DNA of 54,440 nt from the NCBI GenBank assembly GCA_900551345.1, contig URVP01000001.1, positions 1 through 54,440 of the forward strand, in the 5' to 3' direction. This DNA comes from an uncultured Eubacteriales bacterium (GTDB lineage: Bacteria; Bacillota; Clostridia; Monoglobales; UMGS1388). A program made the position numbers and the translations under genes. The notes below the pieces were generated by a model that worked only from the letters and a program-made list of their open reading frames with translations, had not been told where the DNA came from and made no database searches. Each line of letters opens with the position of its first letter. Positions within the stretch are counted from its first letter, which is position 1. Of this stretch, positions 49,307-54,440 are shown in pieces.

Positions 49307-50114
49307 ACTTTGCTCCCTCTTCCAATGACTTAGAATTAATATTGAATAGTTCGTCTATAAGATTATTTCTGTACGAAGCATTTCCTTCATTTTCTTTAAG
49401 CCTTGCATATGATTTTTCACCGCAAATTCCCATGGTACATACTGCCGCAAGACAAGCCTCGGTAATATTATCTCTATTTGCGCTGATAAAAGCACTGGTA
49501 ACAACACTTAACATACATCCTGCACCGGTTATTTTACTCATCATCCAATGCCCATTTTTTACAGAGTAAACTTTACTACCATCAGTAATAAGATCGGTTG
49601 CACCTGTAACTACTATAACACAGCCGGTATTCTTCGAAAAGTCTTTTGCAAAGGATATAGTATTTTCCATATCTTTGTCTGTTATTTTATCCGCTTCAGA
49701 TGCGTCTACTCCTTTGGTATTTGTACATCCGCCAGCAAGAGCTTTTATTTCGGAAATATTCCCTCTTATTACGGAAAAGCGCACTTTTTCCATAAGGCTG
49801 CGAGCGGTTTCTGTTCGTAGTGTTGATGCACCGGCTCCTACGGGATCCAGTAAAACAGGAATTTTTTGTTCGTTAGCAATTCTTGCCGCCTCAAACATGG
49901 AGGGAACGGTGCGTTTATTAAGTGTTCCGATATTAATATTCAAACCGCTGCAAATACGAGTAATATCTCGCACATCGTCTATATCGTCTGCCATAATGGG
50001 TGACCCGCCTATGGCAAGCAGTGCGTTTGCGCAGTCATTTACCGTTACATAATTCGTGATGCAATGGACTAAAGGATTATGGTTCCTCACATTGTCCAGC
50101 ATAGTTTCGAGCAT
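49293..50114 (-). CDS. thiM: hydroxyethylthiazole kinase
   Basis: 273 aa (..PLVHCITNYVT.., ..LDPVGAGA..). Confidence 0.92.
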   Translation of the reverse strand: MLETMLDNVRNHNPLVHCITNYVTVNDCANALLAIGGSPIMADDIDDVRDITRICSGLNINIGTLNKRTVPSMFEAARIANEQKIPVLLDPVGAGASTLRTETARSLMEKVRFSVIRGNISEIKALAGGCTNTKGVDASEADKITDKDMENTISFAKDFSKNTGCVIVVTGATDLITDGSKVYSVKNGHWMMSKITGAGCMLSVVTSAFISANRDNITEACLAAVCTMGICGEKSYARLKENEGNASYRNNLIDELFNINSKSLEEGAKYEVR

Positions 50115-50129
50115 AGGATATACCTCCCG

Positions 50130-50624
50130 TTACTGTTTTTGACCTTCCAAAGCGTGAGTTTTATTAAGAGCCAATACAATTACAGCGGCAATAATCGTTC
50201 CGCCTGCTGAGCTTATTAAAAAGGGTATAATATAGCCGAATATTGCTGCGGTTTTGTTTCCCATGAGAAGCAAAGCTACCGGATAAGCGAGAAGTCCGCC
50301 GATTATACTTGTTCCGAACAATTCTCCGATACATGCGAAGGGAAGTTTTTTAAAATATTTATAAGCAAGCCCTGCAAGCAGTGCTCCGCACATGCTGCCG
50401 GGGAACGCCATAAGAGTTCCCAGTCCGAATGCTACTCTGATTATTGAGGTGATAAACGCCATGGCTACTCCATACCATGGACCTAAAACTACTGCTGCAA
50501 GAACATTTACCATGTGCTGTACAGGACTGCATTTTGACCCGAATACGGGGAATGCAAAGGTGGAACCAACTACTGCAACTGCTATAAGCAGGCCGGCTAT
50601 TACTGTCTTTTTTGTGTTTTTCAT
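50130..50624 (-). CDS. thiW: ECF-type S component ThiW (thiazole precursor uptake)
   Basis: 164 aa with 5-6 TM helices. First gene of the thiM-thiE-thiD operon. Size and hydrophobic pattern fit ThiW. Confidence 0.75.
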   Translation of the reverse strand: MKNTKKTVIAGLLIAVAVVGSTFAFPVFGSKCSPVQHMVNVLAAVVLGPWYGVAMAFITSIIRVAFGLGTLMAFPGSMCGALLAGLAYKYFKKLPFACIGELFGTSIIGGLLAYPVALLLMGNKTAAIFGYIIPFLISSAGGTIIAAVIVLALNKTHALEGQKQ

Positions 50625-50675
50625 TTTGGAAAACCTCTTTCTTTTGTATTTTACTCAGGGTTTTCCGACAAGCAC

Positions 50676-50768
50676 AAAAAAACAGCGCTTCCCCTAAGGA
50701 AAACCCAAAGGTCGGTCGAAGATCAATTTCTTCCTCTCAATCTGAAACACAGACTCCCTCGCTGTTCT
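50676..50768 (-). promoter_or_regulatory. TPP-family (THI-element-like) aptamer with a shortened 3' arm, closed by a stem followed by U7
   Basis: The minus RNA reads AACAGCG AGGGAGUCUGUGUUUCAGAUUGAGAGGAAGAAAUUGAUCUUCGACC GACCUUUGGGUUUUCCUUAGGGGAAG CGCUGUU UUUUU. The 5' part parallels the thiC riboswitch in this window. Confidence 0.55.
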
Positions 50769-50779
50769 ATTGTCTTAAA

Positions 50780-50928
50780 GATATTTCGGACCTGCCTGCG
50801 GCGCTCCCCGCCTGCTGCCCAATTTGAAATATCCGATTAATAAGGGTATTAATCGATGCGTTTGGTTCCGCTTTGTTTGCCGTCCCATCTGCATCTTTTG
50901 CCCGGGAGGATTATCTATTTCCCCGAGC
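50780..50928 (-). ncRNA. unassigned GC-rich structured element (four abutting helices)
   Basis: H4 is GATATTTC/GAAATATC (50780-50833). H3 is CGATTAATA/TATTAATCG (50834-50855). H2 is GATGC/GCATC (50855-50895). H1 is an 8-bp stem (50900-50928) whose G-U pairs form only on the minus strand. Confidence 0.35.
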
Positions 50929-50986
50929 TTTTTGAATAAATTTATCAAAAAAATATATATGTTTATTTTCCTCTGGTGACATTCAA

Positions 50987-51002
50987 TTTTTCACATGAAA
51001 CG
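50987..51002. other. degenerate parS-like site
   Basis: TTTTTCACATGAAACG shares the 13-nt core TTTCACATGAAAC with the two sites at 13.6 kb (14/16 to them). Confidence 0.3.
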
Positions 51003-51034
51003 GGCAACAGTTTTATCTACCGCCCATTTATTTT

Positions 51035-52342
51035 TTATAAAATGTCGATATGTTCGTCATTTAAAGCCTTATTCATACTGCGAACTGCACAGAATTTGCC
51101 ACACATAGAGCAGGTATCATCATGTTCCGGAGAGCGACTGTCACGAATGCTCTTTGCAATTTCAGGGTCTAATGCACACGCCCATTGACCTTCCCAGTCG
51201 AGCGCTCTTCTGGCTTCAGCCATCTTATCGTCAATGTCTCTAGCCCCTCTTACACCCTTTGCAATATCCGCTGCATGAGCTGCAATCTTGCTTGCCATAA
51301 TACCCTGTTTTACATCTTCTAAGTTAGGCAGTGCAAGATGTTCTGCCGGTGTTACATAGCATAAGAATGCCGCACCGTTCATAGCTGCAATAGCGCCACC
51401 AATTGCGGAAGTGATATGATCGTATCCCGGTGCAATATCGGTAACCAGAGGACCAAGTACATAGAAAGGAGCCCCCATGCAAATTGTTTCCTGCACTTTC
51501 ATATTAGCTGCAATCTGATCCATAGGAACATGTCCGGGACCTTCAACCATTACCTGTACATCCTTTTCCCACGCTCTCTTTGTAAGCTCACCTAAGCGAA
51601 CCAGTTCCTCAATTTGGCATACATCGGTAGCATCAGCAAGGCAGCCGGGACGGCAAGCATCGCCAAGAGATACGGTTACATCATATTCGCGGCAAATATC
51701 TAAAATTTCGTCATAGTATTCATAAAATGGGTTTTCGTTGCCGGTCATGCACATCCAAGCAAATACAAGCGAGCCCCCACGAGATACGATGTTCATCTTT
51801 CTCTTGTGCTTTTTAATCTGGTCAATAGTTTTGCGAGTAATCCCGCAGTGAAGTGTTACAAAGTCAACACCATCCTGTGCGTGCAATCTAACAACATCAA
51901 TAAAATCCTTAGCAGTTAAGGTGTCAAGGTCACGCTGATAATGGATAACGCTGTCATAAACCGGCACAGTACCAATCATAACGGGACATTCGCTTGTTAG
52001 CTTCTGGCGAAATGGCTGGGTGTTACCATGGCTTGACAGGTCCATAATAGCCTCTGCACCCATATTTACAGCACTCATAACCTTTTTCATTTCAATGTTA
52101 TAATCTTTGCAATCTCTTGAAACGCCTAAGTTTACATTGATTTTGGTTCTCAGCATAGAGCCTACGCCCTCTGGATTTAAGCACTTGTGATTTTTATTTG
52201 CAGGAATTACAACCTTTCCACACGCAACTAAATCCATAATTTCCTTTTCGGTCATATGCTCTTTAGATGCAACCTTTTTCATTTCCTCGGTTACAATGCC
52301 AAGACGAGCAGCGCACATCTGAGTTGTGTAATTTCTTTCCAT
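51035..52342 (-). CDS. thiC: phosphomethylpyrimidine synthase (radical SAM)
   Basis: About 435 aa from the ATG at 52342 (after AAAGGAGAG). C-terminal CxxCxxxxC cluster motif (CSMCGKFCA). Confidence 0.95.
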   Translation of the reverse strand: MERNYTTQMCAARLGIVTEEMKKVASKEHMTEKEIMDLVACGKVVIPANKNHKCLNPEGVGSMLRTKINVNLGVSRDCKDYNIEMKKVMSAVNMGAEAIMDLSSHGNTQPFRQKLTSECPVMIGTVPVYDSVIHYQRDLDTLTAKDFIDVVRLHAQDGVDFVTLHCGITRKTIDQIKKHKRKMNIVSRGGSLVFAWMCMTGNENPFYEYYDEILDICREYDVTVSLGDACRPGCLADATDVCQIEELVRLGELTKRAWEKDVQVMVEGPGHVPMDQIAANMKVQETICMGAPFYVLGPLVTDIAPGYDHITSAIGGAIAAMNGAAFLCYVTPAEHLALPNLEDVKQGIMASKIAAHAADIAKGVRGARDIDDKMAEARRALDWEGQWACALDPEIAKSIRDSRSPEHDDTCSMCGKFCAVRSMNKALNDEHIDIL

Positions 52343-52361
52343 TATATTCTCTCCTTTAATA

Positions 52362-52394
52362 TAAAAAATGCAGAAAGACATAACGCCTTCTGCA
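52362..52394 (-). terminator. riboswitch-controlled attenuator terminator upstream of thiC
   Basis: The minus RNA reads UGCAGAAGG-CGUUAUGU-CUUUCUGCA followed by U6. Confidence 0.75.
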
Positions 52395-52403
52395 CAGTAA
52401 AAA

Positions 52404-52500
52404 CATATTTTTTCCTACGTTGGCATTATCCAAATCAGGTTTAAGGGTCGAAGTTGGATACTTCCTCTCAGCCTGCCCATACAAGCTCCCCTGAAATAAT
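52404..52500 (-). promoter_or_regulatory. TPP riboswitch (THI element)
   Basis: The minus RNA reads CAGGGGAGC..GGCUGAGAGGAAG..CUUCGACCCUUAAACCUGAUUUGGAUAAUGCCAACGUAGGAA. All canonical THI-box blocks are present. Confidence 0.9.
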
Positions 52501-52511
52501 TTATTTTTTTA

Positions 52512-52540
52512 AATATAACACAGATGTATCCATTTGTCAA
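52512..52540 (-). promoter_or_regulatory. sigma-A type promoter for the thiC leader
   Basis: The minus strand reads TTGACA-17 nt-TATATT. Confidence 0.6.
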
Positions 52541-52606
52541 ATGGTTACGAAAAATATTTTCTTGTGGCATTTCTAATTATATATACGCTTATCATTGTAA
52601 TATAGA

Positions 52607-52635
52607 TTGACAAAATGGCTAAAATCCTTTATTCT
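52607..52635 (+). promoter_or_regulatory. candidate promoter for ddh
   Basis: TTGACA-17 nt-TATTCT. Confidence 0.4.
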
Positions 52636-52669
52636 TATATGGTGAAACTTAAATTAAGGAGTGATACAG

Positions 52670-53650
52670 ATGATAAAAGTAGGTCTTTACGGATACGGTA
52701 ATCTTGCGCGTGGAGTAGATTGTGCCATAGGACAGAATGACGATATGGAGCTTTCCTGTATTTTTACTCGGCGTGATCCTAAAACCGTAAATCCCATAAC
52801 AGATGTTCCTGTGTATAGTACAGACGAGGTTTTGAATCATAAGGATGAAATTGATGTGTTGATTATGTGCGGCGGCAGTGCAACTGACCTTCCTGAGCAG
52901 TCCCCTGCTATGGCGGAGCACTTTAATATTATTGATAGCTTTGATACACATAAGAATATACCGACTCATTTTGACAATGTGGATAAAGCTGCAAAAAAAG
53001 CCGGAAAAGTTGCTGTAATTTCAGTTGGTTGGGACCCCGGTATGTTTTCGCTTAACAGACTTTATGCCCAATGCATTCTTCGCAACGGTGCGGATTATAC
53101 TTTTTGGGGTAAGGGTGTAAGCCAAGGTCATTCCGATGCTATACGCCGTATTGACGGAGTTCTTGATGCAAAGCAGTACACAGTGCCGGTTGAAGAAGCG
53201 CTTGAAAGCGTAAGAAATGGCGAACAGCCTCAGCTTACCACTCGTCAAAAGCATACAAGAGAGTGTTTTGTTGTTGCACAGGAAGGTGCGGATAAAGAAA
53301 GAATCGAACGGGAAATAGTAACGATGAAAAACTATTTTGATGAATATGATACCACCGTTCATTTTATTACCATGGAAGAACTAAAGCGTGATCACAGTGG
53401 TATTCCTCACGGCGGATTCGTTATCAGAAGCGGAAAGACCGGTAAAAATCTCGAAAATTCCCATGTTATAGAGTACAGCTTAAAGCTTGATTCAAATCCT
53501 GAATTTACTGCATGTGTGCTTGTTGCTTATGCAAGAGCGGCTGTCAGGATGAACAAGGAGGGTGTTTCGGGATGCAAAACAGTATTCGATATCCCGCCCG
53601 CTTATCTCTCTGATAAGTCCGGCCAACAGCTGATAGCAACACTTCTTTAA
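52670..53650 (+). CDS. ddh: meso-diaminopimelate D-dehydrogenase
   Basis: About 326 aa from the ATG at 52670, 8 nt after AAGGAG. N-terminal IKVGLYGYGNLARG and ..GWDPGMFS.., ..WGKGVSQGHSDA.. are typical of Ddh. Confidence 0.86.
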   Translation: MIKVGLYGYGNLARGVDCAIGQNDDMELSCIFTRRDPKTVNPITDVPVYSTDEVLNHKDEIDVLIMCGGSATDLPEQSPAMAEHFNIIDSFDTHKNIPTHFDNVDKAAKKAGKVAVISVGWDPGMFSLNRLYAQCILRNGADYTFWGKGVSQGHSDAIRRIDGVLDAKQYTVPVEEALESVRNGEQPQLTTRQKHTRECFVVAQEGADKERIEREIVTMKNYFDEYDTTVHFITMEELKRDHSGIPHGGFVIRSGKTGKNLENSHVIEYSLKLDSNPEFTACVLVAYARAAVRMNKEGVSGCKTVFDIPPAYLSDKSGQQLIATLL

Positions 53651-53666
53651 ATCTATAGGTATTTAT

Positions 53667-53716
53667 AAGACTCCGTTTTGGCAGCATTAAATGCTCGCCT
53701 ATTCGGAGTCTTTTTG
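53667..53716 (+). terminator. rho-independent terminator after ddh
   Basis: AAGACTCCG / CGGAGTCTT stem followed by T5. Confidence 0.8.
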
Positions 53717-53797
53717 TTAAAAAAAGAAATGACAAAATGAAAGTTGCGGCTTAAAAAGACACCAATATAATTATTTATTAAAAATTTTACAAAACTA

Positions 53798-53826
53798 TTG
53801 ATATTTTATGTAGAAAAATGTATAAT
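53798..53826 (+). promoter_or_regulatory. sigma-A type promoter for xpt
   Basis: TTGATA-17 nt-TATAAT. The leader to the ATG is only about 25 nt. Confidence 0.6.
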
Positions 53827-53857
53827 ATACGAAAAAGTATTCTGGGGAGATATTTTT

Positions 53858-54430
53858 ATGGAGCTTCTTAAACAAAGAATTCTTAAAGACGGAAAGGTCA
53901 GAAAAGGAAATGTCCTGAAGGTTGATAGCTTTATTAATCATCAGATGGACATTGAATTGCTGTGCGAAATCGGCAAAGAATTTAAGAAGATATTTAACGA
54001 TGAAAATATAACTAAAATCCTTACTATAGAAGCATCAGGCATTGGTATAGCGTGCATTACTGCGCAATATTTCCATAAGCCTGTTATTTTTGCGAAAAAA
54101 TCGCAGTCGAAAAACATAGACGGCGAGGTATATTCTCAAAAAGTAGAGTCTTTTACTCATGGAAGAATTTATGATGTAATAGTTTCAAAAGAGTTTTTAA
54201 GCCCTAATGACAGGGTTCTCCTTATTGATGATTTTCTTGCCAACGGAAGTGCACTTTTGGGCCTTTACAATCTTGTGAAAGATGCCGGAGCAGAGGTTGT
54301 GGGAGCAGGTATAGTTATAGAAAAAGGTTTCCAACCGGGTGGAAAGATGCTGCGGGATATGGGACTTAGGATTGAATCTCTTGCAATAGTGGATTCAATG
54401 ACAGATGACTCTCTTACTTTCAGGGATTAA
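53858..54430 (+). CDS. xpt: xanthine phosphoribosyltransferase
   Basis: 190 aa from the ATG at 53858 (after GGGGAG). MELLKQRILKDG..VDSFINHQ.. and the PRPP motif VLLIDDFLANGSA. Confidence 0.9.
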   Translation: MELLKQRILKDGKVRKGNVLKVDSFINHQMDIELLCEIGKEFKKIFNDENITKILTIEASGIGIACITAQYFHKPVIFAKKSQSKNIDGEVYSQKVESFTHGRIYDVIVSKEFLSPNDRVLLIDDFLANGSALLGLYNLVKDAGAEVVGAGIVIEKGFQPGGKMLRDMGLRIESLAIVDSMTDDSLTFRD

Positions 54431-54440
54431 ACAATAATTA

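Noticed and set aside
50780-50928. Local resemblances of the GC-rich element to known riboswitches. On the minus strand: c-di-GMP-I (GGGCAAAAG..GGGACGGCAAAC), FMN, cobalamin and glycine blocks. On the plus strand: ykkC (GCCCGGGAGG) and M-box (CUGCUGCCCAA) blocks.
   Set aside because: Each match covers only one short block. The other conserved blocks and the required helices are missing or in the wrong order. The plus-strand candidates have no downstream gene to regulate. The element is therefore left unassigned rather than named.
53717-53857. Purine (guanine) riboswitch expected upstream of xpt.
   Set aside because: The TTGATA-17-TATAAT promoter leaves only about 25 nt of leader, and no UAUA..CUACC-type aptamer blocks are present. 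xpt appears to be riboswitch-free here.
1-54440. Search for CRISPR arrays, IS elements or transposases, integrases, prophage genes, toxin-antitoxin or other defence modules, and tRNA/rRNA genes.
   Set aside because: None were recognised. There are no spaced direct-repeat arrays, no transposase or recombinase motifs in any track ORF, and no tRNA-like TPsiC/acceptor patterns. The window reads as core chromosome.

Overview
This is an origin-proximal chromosomal segment of a low-GC, spore-forming Firmicute. It looks Clostridia-like: Spo0A, SpoIVA and SpoVAC are present, along with several SLH-domain wall proteins. All protein calls rest on reading the ORF track for family motifs by eye; no searches were run. 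Gene order: dnaN-yaaA-recF-DUF370-gyrB-gyrA plus two envelope ORFs (+), then convergent serS-parB-parA (-) with two parS-like sites. Next come a deacetylase/SLH/Ser-rich trio, an inverted noc-like ParB paralog, proB-proA with a class B PBP, and XRE-cupin + acyl-CoA synthetase + YdcF. These are followed by rpsF-ssb-rpsR, GH88, an M23 peptidase, serC-serA, spo0A and wall-polymer genes. A tight 7.4-kb + strand array follows (thyX-tmk-cobQ-like-DUF2156-5FCL-trmR-U32-PAP2-spoVAC). The window ends with a 978-aa SLH surface protein, an anion permease, spoIVA, a thiamine salvage operon (thiW-thiM-thiE-HAD-thiD), thiC, ddh and xpt. I saw no mobile elements, CRISPR arrays, tRNA/rRNA genes or obvious defence island; this is mostly housekeeping DNA. 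The least ordinary items are: (i) the thiC-thiW spacer, which holds a TPP-family aptamer with a truncated pyrophosphate arm inside a terminator-like stem, preceded by an unassigned ~150-nt four-helix GC-rich element; (ii) a CobQ-like protein lacking the glutaminase cysteine, translationally coupled to a DUF2156 protein inside a thymidylate/folate operon; (iii) twin parS-like sites bracketing a terminator just upstream of the parA promoter; (iv) a pseudoknot-capable leader in front of serC-serA.
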